A stretch of 64,000 nt of DNA from Laetmonice hystrix (lineage: Eukaryota). Shown piece by piece: positions 37,720 to 48,556 of this stretch (position 1 is the stretch's first letter; each line of letters begins with the position of its first letter). The stretch lies in contig OZ249437.1 in NCBI GenBank assembly GCA_965235115.1, positions 18,786,001 to 18,850,000 on the forward strand, in the 5' to 3' direction. Below the pieces are notes generated by a model, which saw nothing but the letters and a program-made list of their open reading frames with translations, did not search any database and had not been told where the DNA came from. The translations under genes were made by a program, and so were the position numbers.

Positions 37720-38845
37720 AAACACGTAGGGCTAGGGCCTACTAGCTGACTGGGCAGGCAGCTGCAGTGTGATGAGAGAGTTTAACACGTACTGGCTGAC
37801 TGGGCAGGCAGCTGCAGTGTGATGAGAGAATTTAAACTTTAAACACGTACTGGCTGACTGGGCAGGCAGCTGCAGTGTGATGAGAGAGTTTAACACGTAC
37901 TGGCTGACTGGGCAGGCAGCTGCAGTGTGATGAGAGAGTTTAACACGTACTGGCTGACTGGGCAGGCAGCTGCAGTGTGATGAGAGAATTTAAACTTTAA
38001 ACACGTACTGGCTGACTGGGCAGGCAGCTGCAGTGTGATGAGAGAGTTTAACACGTACTGGCTGACTGGGCAGGCAGCTGCAGTGTGATGAGAGAATTTA
38101 AACTTTAAACACGTACTGGCTGACTGGGCAGGCAGCTGCAGTGTGATGAGAGAGTTTAACACGTACTGGCTGACTGGGCAGGCAGCTGCAGTGTGATGAG
38201 AGAATTTAAACTTTAAACACGTACTGGCTGACTGGGCAGGCAGCTGCAGTGTGATGAGAGAGTTTAACACGTACTGGCTGACTGGGCAGGCAGCTGCAGT
38301 GTGATGAGAGAATTTAAACTTTAAACACGTACTGGCTGACTGGGCAGGCAGCTGCAGTGTGATGAGAGAGTTTAACACGTACTGGCTGACTGGGCAGGCA
38401 GCTGCAGTGTGATGAGAGAATTTAAACTTTAAACACGTACTGGCTGACTGGGCAGGCAGCTGCAGTGTGATGAGAGAGTTTAACACGTACTGGCTGACTG
38501 GGCAGGCAGCTGCAGTGTGATGAGAGAATTTAACACGTACTGGTTGACTGGGCAGGCAGCTGCAGTGTGATGAGAGAATTTAACACGTACTGGCTGACTG
38601 GGCAGGCAGCTGCAGTGTGATGAGAGAATTTAAACTTTAAACACGTACTGGCTGACTGGGCAGGCAGCTGCAGTGTGATGAGAGAGTTTAACACGTACTG
38701 GCTGACTGGGCAGGCAGCTGCAGTGTGATGAGAGAATTTAAACTTTAAACACGTACTGGCTGACTGGGCAGGCAGCTGCAGTGTGATGAGAGAATTTAAA
38801 CTTTAAACGCGTACTGGCTGACTAGGCAGGAAGCTGCAGTGTGAT
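37720..38845. repeat. Minisatellite with alternating 50/58-bp monomers (108-bp higher-order unit), about 20 monomers
   Basis: acacgtactggctgactgggcaggcagctgcagtgtgatgagaga + gttta or atttaaactttaa. Confidence 0.95.
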
Positions 38846-38885
38846 GAATGAATTTAATCTGAAGACATTACCCTCTCAATCCGTT

Positions 38886-39190
38886 GGAAACACCCCGGAC
38901 GCGATGCTACGCGATGCTACGCGATGCTACGCGATGCTACGCGATGCTACGCGATGCTACGCGATGCTACGCGATGCTACGCGATGCTACGCGATGCTAC
39001 GCGATGCTACGCGATGCTACGCGATGCGACGAGATGCGATTCGATGCGACGCGACGTGATTATGAAGAGCTCCTAATGGTTTTCAGCGAGTGTCAAGCTT
39101 CAAGTTGCTAGAGCTCAAGGTGTGTTCACACTCGCTGAAAACTATTAGGAGCTTTTCCTAATCGTATCGCATCGCGTCAGGTGTGTTCCC
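38886..39190. mobile_element. Fold-back MITE with long imperfect TIRs and a (GCGATGCTAC)12 expansion in the left arm
   Basis: Inner arms 39067-39093 and 39128-39153 are near-perfect inverses. Outer ends ggaaacacccc-ggacgcgatgc and gcatcgcgtc-aggtgtgttccc. Confidence 0.7.
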
Positions 39191-39314
39191 CGCTCTGCTT
39201 CATGATCAACTTGGATGTGGGTTGGTTGCATGTTCCCGATTCCGTGAACCCGAGCGGGACTGGGGCATTCACCAAGCTGCGTTGTAATGATGGGGGGGGG
39301 GGGGGGGGAGGGGC

Positions 39315-39493
39315 ATGTCGAGGCGGTCAGTCTTATTGATGGATAAAACCGGAATACCTGGTAAAAACCGACAACCTACGGCAGGGAACTGACAAACCTT
39401 CTCACATACGGCTCGATGGGGATTCGACCCCAGGGGAGTGAGGCCCTGTGGTTTGGAGGGGGAGCCTTGAACCACTGGGCCCCTGTGCCCCCC
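39315..39493 (-). mobile_element. tRNA-derived SINE (head plus conserved-looking central domain)
   Basis: On -: A-box-like GCCCAGTGGTT and B-box-like GGGTCGAATCCC, followed by gagaaggtttgtcag...ccaggtattccggttttatccatcaataagactgaccgcc. The latter resembles, from memory, the central domains of invertebrate SINEs. Confidence 0.7.
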
Positions 39494-39702
39494 TGGACAG
39501 ACTCTGGGATCGAGGTGTGAGCCTTAGACCACGTTCTAATTAAACCTAATTAAGAAGGTGGTCCCTCAGCGGGCCAGCTGTAGGTCTTACACCTGACGTA
39601 CTTCATTCACACGACCTTGGATTTCGTTTTAATTATCACGCTCTGACCCACTGGTGAGGAATGCAGGGAACGCTGGTTGTGTTGGAGTCAATGTTACCTT
39701 GG

Positions 39703-39840
39703 NNNNNNNNNNNNNNNNNNNNNNNNNNNNNNNNNNNNNNNNNNNNNNNNNNNNNNNNNNNNNNNNNNNNNNNNNNNNNNNNNNNNNNNNNNNNNNNNNN
39801 NNNNNNNNNNNNNNNNNNNNNNNNNNNNNNNNNNNNNNNN
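39703..39840. other. Assembly gap (138 N)
   Basis: Run of n characters. Confidence 1.
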
Positions 39841-39994
39841 TGGCGGGTCTGTTGCAGGGCACGCGGGTTAGCCGTGTGCATGCATAATTGACGGTGGAGG
39901 TCCCGGCTCATCCCTCGGTCGGTCCGTACACGTACCATAGAGCTGAGAACTTACCCGGCCAATCGCCGGTCGTACGGGCCACCGTCACCGGCCT

Positions 39995-40325
39995 CTCTCC
40001 CTGCCTCGCCTCTCTGTCTCTCTGTGTCTCTCCATTCTCTCTCTCCCTGCCTCGCCTCTCTGTCTCTCTCCATTCTCTCTCTCCCTGCCTCGCCTCTCTC
40101 TCTGTCTCTCGCTCTCTGTATCTCTCTGTCTCCATTCTCTCTCTCCCTGCCTCGCCTCTCTGTCTCTTTCTCTCGCTGTCTATCCCTTTCATTCTCGTTC
40201 CTGCCTTCTCTCTCTTTCTCTCGCTCTTTGCTCTCCCTGCCTCCCTTCACTCTCCCCCCTCTAGCTCTCTCTCTCTGTCTCTATCTCTCCCTCCCCCCTC
40301 CTCCCCCTCTCTCTGTCTCTCTCTC
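39995..40325. repeat. CT-rich low-complexity / degenerate tandem repeat
   Basis: ctctccctgcctcgcctctctgtctctctccatt variants. Confidence 0.9.
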
Positions 40326-40929
40326 CGGCATACATACATATATGTATAAATGTGGGTGGTTGGGTCAGTGGCCCTCACACAAACACCCCCACCCCCCACC
40401 CCTCCACACAGGTCATTCACACAACCATCTCAGCCAATCTATCACAACTATACCCGGTATCTTGAGAAAAACATGTCATATAATGAAGCTACTCGCGTTT
40501 ATTTGATCAGATTTACCGGGCTTGCATACAGGCAGAGTACCACTGTCCTCTGAAATACAGTCGTGAGGAAATACTGACTATGATGATAATATTTTTAATA
40601 ATTTCTCAGCGCATGATAAATTTTGCAGGTATAACATTTCACAAGATGAATTGGCGCGTGTTGAGTGCTATTGTAAGGTGAAATACAGTCTGTCATTGGC
40701 TGGAAGCTGACGTGTGTACACGTTGTGTGCACAGTGTGAGAGTGAAGTCGATGGAGTAGACACGTTCTGTGTGGAGGATGCTACTGGAGTAGTCCTCCTC
40801 CTCCTCCCTACCATCCATCAATATCCCTTCTCGTGTCCTCCTTATAATGGCTTCATATCCGTCACATGTCCTCTCCGTAATGGTCTCTTAGACAATACGG
40901 GCGTGTCTCATAACGGACCACATAATACC

Positions 40930-41142
40930 ACAGCTGACTATAAGGGACCGACTGTCAGTAGTGGACTGTCTCCCAGTCTTATATCCCATAACGGACGGCA
41001 TGAAGTAATACCACAGCTGACTAAGGGACCGACTGTCAGTAGTGGACTGTCTCCCAGTCTTATATCCCATAACGGACGGCATGAAGTAATACCACAGCTG
41101 ACTAAGGGACCGACTGTCAGTAGTGGACTGTCTCCCAGTCTT
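40930..41142. repeat. 81-bp repeat, about 2.6 copies
   Basis: ccacagctgactaagggaccgactgtcagtagtggactgtctcccagtctt... Confidence 0.9.
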
Positions 41143-41933
41143 ACGTCATGTCGTGTAGACGGTCATTACAATGCCAAGATATACATATTACCATTGCCCA
41201 GTCGTTTTTTTTTCAGATGTTTGATTTGCGTCTAGACAGTTAAAGGAGAAGTCTAAAATCACCTTGTGGAATGATTACTGTGAACTTAAACTCACCGATG
41301 ATATTCCTATTTCCTGTGCAATTTTTATAGTAAAGTTACATGGAATAGCGGTACACTGAATCAATCAAAGTTACTGATAACACTTGTTCAGTGCCCTGAT
41401 AAATACAAATAGAATATGTATGCAATCTTTGTAGTTCCCTCTCAAACTAGCAATTATTATTCATCAGAAAGAATACCGTTTTATATCGATCATCAAATCG
41501 AATTCTACAGAATGAAAAGTCCTTTTTATTATCGTCAGTTCATTACCTACACCAGTAATAAAGTCACATCTTTAAAATACTGCCCGACTACGACTTATAA
41601 ATCATTCAGCGGTAACAAATTTAGATTTGTTGAGGCAGAGTAGAAGATTGTAGCTCGCATGGACTGTCTACTAATGAAGGACATGTCTCATGCAGGAAGG
41701 AAGCCGTGGCAGACTTAGCTTGCGGGCACGAGAATACAATAGAGGTCGATGATTGGCCCGCTTCAGACATGAAGTGTTGGTGCTGGTTGGAATCCAAATG
41801 CTGATGAATGGGAGAAAGTCCTTTGACGGGGAGATGACCAACAGCCGCTAGCGCTGATCGAGCAGTTGACGAGGTCCTGGCGGGGCGGGGCGGGGCGGCA
41901 CAATGGGGTATGTGGTGTGGAACTTCATTCACT

Positions 41934-42049
41934 TCAAGCTCTACTAGACTGGCCCGCAGTCTCTAGCTGCACCCCAGGGCTGGCGCTCTCGGGACTTTGA
42001 CCTTCACTCGTCTGTCCAGACAAGGGGCTCTGACGCGAGCCGCCATCAA
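41934..42049 (-). CDS. Membrane protein last coding exon (VDGGSRQSPLSGQTSEGQSPESASPGVQLETAGQSSRA*)
   Basis: Long polypyrimidine tract plus tttcag| in phase 1; TGA stop; AATAAA on - at 41525-41530. Total CDS 2541 nt = 846 aa + stop. Confidence 0.75.
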
Positions 42050-42127
42050 CTGAAAGCAGAGAAGACGCAGAGAAGCCAATATTAGTCGGGTATGTAAACA
42101 AGGATGAAACCATACGGCAGATGACCG

Positions 42128-42325
42128 ATACGTCACACCGATACGTCACACTGGTACGCCACACAGATGCGTCACACCAATACGTCACACTGATACGTCA
42201 CACCGATACGTCAAACAGATACGTCACACCGATACGTCACACTGATACGTCACACCGATACGTCACATCAATATGTCACACTGATGCGTCACACTGATAC
42301 GTCACACAGATACGTCACAAAGATA
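42128..42325. repeat. 13-bp repeat (gatacgtcacacc), about 15 copies
   Basis: Visible in the last intron of the membrane-protein gene. Confidence 0.9.
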
Positions 42326-42698
42326 TGCCGTTATACTAACAGACAAAAGGCATTACCAGGATTAACCTCAGTGGCGGATTCAGGCTTATTCTTCGATGGG
42401 GGTGGGTGGGGCACAGCTGTGTGGCTCGACTGGCAAGAGTCAGCTCAATACTTTCAGTAGAACCCTACTGTCAGTTCTAACCAATGACGTGCCTTTACTA
42501 CAGAAATACAGCCCCATCCTGACAGCGGAGAGCTACTCCTAGCAATCAATAATCTGTACAGACTTCAAATATTACATTCTGAGCAATCAATAATCTGTAC
42601 AGACTTCAAATATTACATTCTGAGCAAACAAAGAAAGGAATGATGGAGTGCTACGGTTAATCACGTAGATGTGTGTGAGTCAACTTTAATGTTGCCAG

Positions 42699-43285
42699 AC
42701 CTGAATCCTACACAATCCCCTGACTTTGTGTCTGACTTTGTTTGGGACCTTGTTTGGTTTGCCGGTTGTACGAAGCCTGAATCCTACACGATCCCCTGAC
42801 TTTGTGTCTGACTTTGTGTGGGACCTTGTTTGGTTTGCCGGTCGTACGAAGCCTGAATCCTACACGATACTCTGACTTTGTGTCAGACCTTGTTTGGTTT
42901 GCCGGTTGTATGAAGCCTGTATCCTACATGACCCCCTGACTTTGTGTGGGACCTTGTTTGGTTTGCCGGCCGTACGAAGCCTGAATCCTACACGATACTC
43001 TGACTTTGTGTCAGACCTTGCTTGGTGTGCCGGTTGTATGAAGCAAGCCTGAATCCTACATGACCCCCTGACTTTGTGTGGGACCTTGTTTGGTTTGCCG
43101 GTCGTACGAAGCCTGAATCCTACATGACCCCCTGACTTTGTGTGGGACCTTGTTTGGTTTGCCGGTCGTACGAAGCCTGAATCCTACACGATACTCTGAC
43201 TTTGTGTCAGACCTTGCTTGGTGTGCCGGTTGTATGAAGCCTGAATCCTACATGACCCCATGACTTTGTGTCAGACCTTGTTTGT
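42699..43285. repeat. About 62-72-bp minisatellite, about 9 copies
   Basis: gcctgaatcctacacgat...gactttgtgtgggaccttgtttggtttgccggtcgtacgaa. Confidence 0.93.
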
Positions 43286-43836
43286 TTTTGGCAATCGTAT
43301 AACGACCACCTAAAACCCCCAAGCTAATACTGGGGTGGTCAATCAATATTCTGCGTGGGAGGTTATAGATCCGGTAATACAACAGATGGGCCCTGAATCA
43401 ACACTGATGTTAGAGCTAGTTCTGTACTTGGAAGTATAAGAACGTCAACATGCCCCTTCCCTTGAATCATGAAGACATGTGACCTTACACAAATCTGATC
43501 ACCTTTACAACTGTTTAACACATTTTAGTTCAAAGTCGTAATGGCTTGAACTTCGGTCCCAGTAAAAAAATCAATAAAAGTTGTTAGTGTTTGGTCAGTG
43601 TTTGCACGAGTATGTTACGAGAATAAATGAAAAATATCGTCTGCGATTTAATCCCCTTTCTTCTCAATGGAGAAAATTCAGTAGCTGCTGCTTCTACCTC
43701 GGGGCAGGATGCATGTGGCTGTGTGCACTCTACCCAGTTCATCAAATCCTTGATCCACTTCCTTGAGTACATGGAGATAATGAGTTAGAAAAAGACTAAT
43801 TCTCTCCCTCGCGTGATTTACACACCATTCACTCAC

Positions 43837-44210
43837 CCTCTCTCAAGGACGTGGCCGACGTCCTGGTTGCTCCTGGTCCGGGTAAATCTGGGCTGAGAAC
43901 TGCTGATCCTGAACGGATCAACGTTGGCATTGACCCCTCAGGTGTCCTTGACCCTTCAGGTGTCCTTGACCCTTCAGGTGTCCTTGACCCTTCAGGTGTC
44001 CTTGACCCCTCAGGTGTCCTTGACCCTTCAGGTGTCCGTGACCCTGCTGATGTCGCCCTCTGGTGAGGAGAGGACGCAGCCAACCGTTCGACAGTGCGTG
44101 GACTGGCTGCTGTGACGGCCAGTCTAGACAAACTCTGCCCTGACCCCGACCCGTCAAGAACAACCAGTCTCGTGGTCAGCTTTCTGGCACCATCCAGAGA
44201 AGACAGGCGA
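43837..44210 (-). CDS. Membrane protein coding exon 7, S/P-rich with six GSRTPE repeats
   Basis: ttttgcag| acceptor, G|gtgagt donor, 374 nt, phase 2-1, open frame. Confidence 0.8.
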
Positions 44211-44644
44211 CTGCAAAACAAAATCAGCATACCATGGTACCTGTACATGTATGTTTTGGGGCTAAAATTTAAGAACAGTAATGATTTCTAGAATGATGTC
44301 ATGGCATGTTTCAGACATGGTGTAGTATTTTTAAGGCCTAGTATGTCGTAGCACTGACTGGTATTTGATCATGGTGAATGACGTGGGATACAAGAGAAAG
44401 TCTTACAAAACCTGCCACTCATCGTGCAGGGAATACGTGTTAAAATAAATGTAAAAAAAGTGAAAACGGCAGAGAAGCTCCATACGAGGTAATCTCATTT
44501 AATTTCCATTTGAACTAGAAAGTGAGCCCAGCTAAATGAAGTGATGTCGGTATAATGGTGGAGAAAAAGGTTAAGTGCCCCTATAACAATAGCATTGTTC
44601 TGTTGATATAATTTTAAGAAATTCCCTCTTCCAGCTTCCCATGC

Positions 44645-45549
44645 AGAATTACTTATGAAGTACACTGTCAGTGGACTGACTCCTCCTCAACGGTTAAGTT
44701 CTAACTATAACTATCTGGTATGAAGTACACTGTCAGTGGACTGACTCCTCCTCAACGGTTCAGTTCTAACTATAACTATCTGGTATGAAGTACACTGTCA
44801 GTGGACTGACTCCTCCTCAACGGTTCAGTTCTAACTATAACTATCTGGTATGAAGTACACTGTCAGTGGACTGACCCCTCCTCAACGGTTCAGTTCTAAC
44901 TATAACTGTTATATCTGGTATGAAGTACACTGTCAGTGGACTGACTCCTCCTTAACGGTTCAGTTCTAACTATAACTGTTATATCTGGTATGAAGTACAC
45001 TGTCAGTGGACTGACTCCTCCTCAACGGTTCAGTTCTAACTATAACTGTTATATCTGGTATGAAGTACACTGTCAGTGGACTGACTCCTCCTTAACGGTT
45101 CAGTTCTAACTATAACTGTTATATCTGGTATGAAGTACACTGTCAGTGGACTGACTCCTCCTCAACGGTTCAGTTCTAACTATAACTGTTATATCTGGTA
45201 TGAAGTACACTGTCAGTGGACTGACTCCTCCTCAACGGTTCAGTTCTAACTATAACTGTTATATCTGGTATGAAGTACACTGTCAGTGGACTGACTCCTC
45301 CTCAACGGTTCAGTTCTAACTATAACTGTTATATCTGGTATGAAGTACACTGTCAGTGGACTGACTCCTCCTCAACGGTTCAGTTCTAACTATAACTGTT
45401 ATATCTGGTATGAAGTACACTGTCAGTGGACTGACTCCTCCTCAACGGTTCAGTTCTAACTATAACTGTTATATCTGGTATGAAGTACACTGTCAGTGGA
45501 CTGACTCCTCCTCAACGGTTCAGTTCTAACTATAACTGTTATATCTGGT
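44645..45549. repeat. 70-bp minisatellite, about 13 copies
   Basis: tatgaagtacactgtcagtggactgactcctcctcaacggttcagttctaactataactgttatatctgg. Confidence 0.97.
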
Positions 45550-46054
45550 AAATACTTGGCAACCATCACGGAGCCGTGATTTCCTAACGACATTTATAGC
45601 CACTGCTATTTGTTTGCTGGCCTATAGCTGCCAAGAAAAAGCAAAACCACTAATATATTTCTGGGGGTCTGCAACTGTGCATTATCTAAACTTACAGACA
45701 GTGCCAAATGGTGTCCTTGCCCTGAAAGGTATATTGTTTACGGACCTCGAAGTTTTGGGGCACCCCCAAACATGGTTATATGAGATGTCCAGTTGTTGTA
45801 TGGAGACAATATATGTCAGCTGAATGTCCTATTCTATTCGTAAAGTTTACCATGATAAAACAGCAGGAATAATATACAAACACCTGTTTACACATAAACT
45901 GCTGCGGTCTCATCCATCTCTCTGTATCGATTGCTACCTCTGATCGCATACAGCCGAGATGGGAGGCACACATAATGGTGGCCCTGGGTCACCTTTCCTT
46001 GAGAGCATGGGAGACTACTATAGTGTGTCTGGGAGGTGGTAGCGGTCTGATACA

Positions 46055-46330
46055 TGTAGCGGTCTGATACATGTAGCGGTCTGATACATGTAGTGGGTTG
46101 ATACACGTAGCGGGGTGATACACGTAGCGGGGTGATACATGTCCCGGCTGACACATGTCCCGGAATGATACACGTAGCGGGCTGATACATGTAGCGGACT
46201 GATACATGTAACGGGTTGATACATGTAACGGGTTGATACATGTAACGGGCTGATACATGGAACAGAATGATACACGTAGCGGGCTGATACATGGAGCGGG
46301 TTGATACATGTAGCGGGATGATACATGTAA
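46055..46330. repeat. Degenerate 17-bp repeat (gatacatgtagcgggct), about 16 copies
   Basis: Direct inspection. Confidence 0.9.
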
Positions 46331-47796
46331 CGAGATTTTGTTTAGATACTGGGACTGGGACCGGGACCGGGAATTTTTATTCCTACGCTAGCTCGGGATG
46401 AAAGCGGAGCTCAACCAATCAGCTGTCGAGCTGCCCTTTGTTTGTTGTTTGTTGTTTTCCTCAAATCTGTCAAAATGGGTTAGGGATAGGGATAGTTATA
46501 TTACAAATCTTGTAGAGTCCGGGTTAGAGGGGTTAGAGTACGAGTTTGGGGCGCGGAATAATGCTAAATACGAGACGTTACCATGGTGAATCTAAACGCG
46601 TGGTAGCACAATCTCCGTGGGGATCGACTAGTTATACAAAAACTCTCAGTGCCATTCATATTATGTGACATAAGAAAAGGCATCTTTGCGGCATTATATC
46701 CTGTTGCCATACTCGCGTTACTGCCACATGGGACCTATTTGTTTAGATTATCGATTTATATCATATTATAAACTAACATAACAACCTTTAGTTTAAGATT
46801 AAATCTGATTTTCAGTGAGGCAGTATTACCAAACATATTGCTACTCAACGTTTACATTACAGTTTCCGAGCGTGACAGCCAGTAATTGACATTTTGTACA
46901 GAGGGTTCCATCTCCGAGCTCTGCATAAATGTAGATCCATAGCAAAACAAGGACGCCACTGTTGTGTAGGTTAATAGTCTGGCAGTACACAGTATGCATA
47001 CAATACTGATATACCACTGTACTAGAGAAAAGGCCTACTAGGCAGACCGCAAAACGAAGCTGGCCGTGCATGTATTACATCCCTGATGTTATCTTAAAGT
47101 GGGGAATCTCCCTAGATCAAGACATATTTGAAACCTTCTATCTCAGAACCGCTTCACCGGAAGTACAGCTAAATGCCATCTTTTCGAATTCATGCTTGTC
47201 GTACATTTCTGATTGGTGTAAGACGCTGAGCTCCCCAAAACCATTGTGATAAATTTGTTAATTACTTCCCCTTCAAAATGATACATTTGTCTTATTTCCT
47301 CTGTATTTAGAGGCGATGGATCTGAGCAAGCTCAGGCTTGTGTCTATTCGGTTCGAGTCCCACTCCTGCCCAATGCTGCCAACTAGCTGGGTTATCTAAG
47401 TCGGGCCCGTATTCCCAAAGTAGAAGTATAGAGCCCTGTGGTGGAGATAGATTTGTTTGGCGCTGTGAATGGGAACTTGAATCCGTACATCGTGTTCGGT
47501 GGAGTATTTCAGAACACAACAGATGGTCTGACGTCACCTTGGACATATATACCACATATATACCGGTACCCTGTCCATGTATATGACTCTATTAGATCCC
47601 TGACCGCCTGGTGCAGTTTGAACGCTACCGATGGCTTATTGCCGCACATGTCGAATATGGAGTTTCGCCTTCGCAGAACACAAAAAGAACTTTAACCAAC
47701 TCCCATGCTGCCTAGCACATGACGTGCACTCATTAGACGATATGCCAGGAAACCTGACTTTGAAATATGAAACGGATGTGAGATAATGATATATAC

Positions 47797-47885
47797 CTGT
47801 GGCTGCGACTTCCCATGGGAACGCTATCAATGACGTGAGACAGGTCCATGGAAATGTTGTCCGTCAAGATATCCGTGACGTCATC
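47797..47885 (-). CDS. Membrane protein coding exon 6 (DDVTDILTDNISMDLSHVIDSVPMGSRSH)
   Basis: ctgtttcag| acceptor, AG|gtatat donor, 89 nt. Phase 0-2 exactly bridges exons 5 and 7. Confidence 0.8.
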
Positions 47886-48345
47886 CTGAAACAGACATAG
47901 AACCATCATTATCGGGATGCAGGACCTCATCTACCCGGCAGGCTTTCATCGCTGCCCTTTTGTGGTAAAAATAGTATCCGTCTTCAGAATAATATAAGTG
48001 TAACCAACACATAGTGTACAGTGGTGTCGCAAACTGCTCAAGGTTAGGGAGGGACAAGCTATAATAGTAGCTGCCTTGTTATCGTAACTATATGATTGTG
48101 CCATGTGTAAAATAAAATCAAATTTAAAATGAAGAAAAACAGTAAGCTTAACGGTAAGATGTCTAAGTGTAAAAAGAATTCTTTTGGGGCAGGTTCTAGC
48201 TGATACCCTTGCCCACATATCTAACATCAGGGGGCCGTACTCCCTGCCCCCCCCTCTTGTTTCAATACCCCTGTTGTAGATTCGGATGCATCCTTCAAAC
48301 CGGTGATCATCCACTGCGACATCAAGTGAGAGAAAAAAGATCTTT

Positions 48346-48556
48346 GTGAACGAGTTCTGTCAGTGGTGTTTATTATTGGGACGACCCACACCGAGTTGGT
48401 GGTCTCCTATCAGACGTGAGATGGTATCCTCGAGACGATACCAGCATTCTGTGAACGAATTCTGTCAGTGGTGTTTATTATTGGGACGACCCACACCGAG
48501 TTGGTGGTCTCCTATCAGACGTGAGATAGTATCCTCGAGACGATACCAGCATTCTA
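48346..48556. repeat. 105-bp tandem duplication
   Basis: gtgaacga(g/a)ttctgtcagtgg at 48346 and 48451. Confidence 0.95.

Noticed and set aside
8210-38486. Long ORFs of 200-394 aa (e.g. 8210-9112, 9896-11071, 21394-22236, 33467-34651, 37890-38486)
   Set aside because: They are translations of tandem repeats lacking a stop in one frame. They have no splice context or domain, and parallel frames are often open too.
39955-40250. Minus-strand CGG|GTAAGT donor after an Arg/Glu-rich open frame
   Set aside because: The frame comes from a CT-rich repeat, has no acceptor with a pyrimidine tract upstream, and the downstream sequence falls into the assembly gap.
41621-41932. 103-codon S/P-rich ORF directly after the membrane-protein stop codon
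   Set aside because: It is out of frame with the last exon (so not readthrough), starts at a non-ATG codon, and lies before the AATAAA at 41525-41530. It is best treated as 3' UTR, though a frameshift allele cannot be excluded.
44645-45549. TAACTATAAC in the 70-bp unit resembling the I-CeuI/LSU rRNA site
   Set aside because: Only 10 nt match and the flanks are unrelated to rRNA.
47345-47365. GGTTCGAGTCCC B-box-like motif as a tRNA gene
   Set aside because: No cloverleaf or A-box at suitable spacing; at most a SINE remnant.
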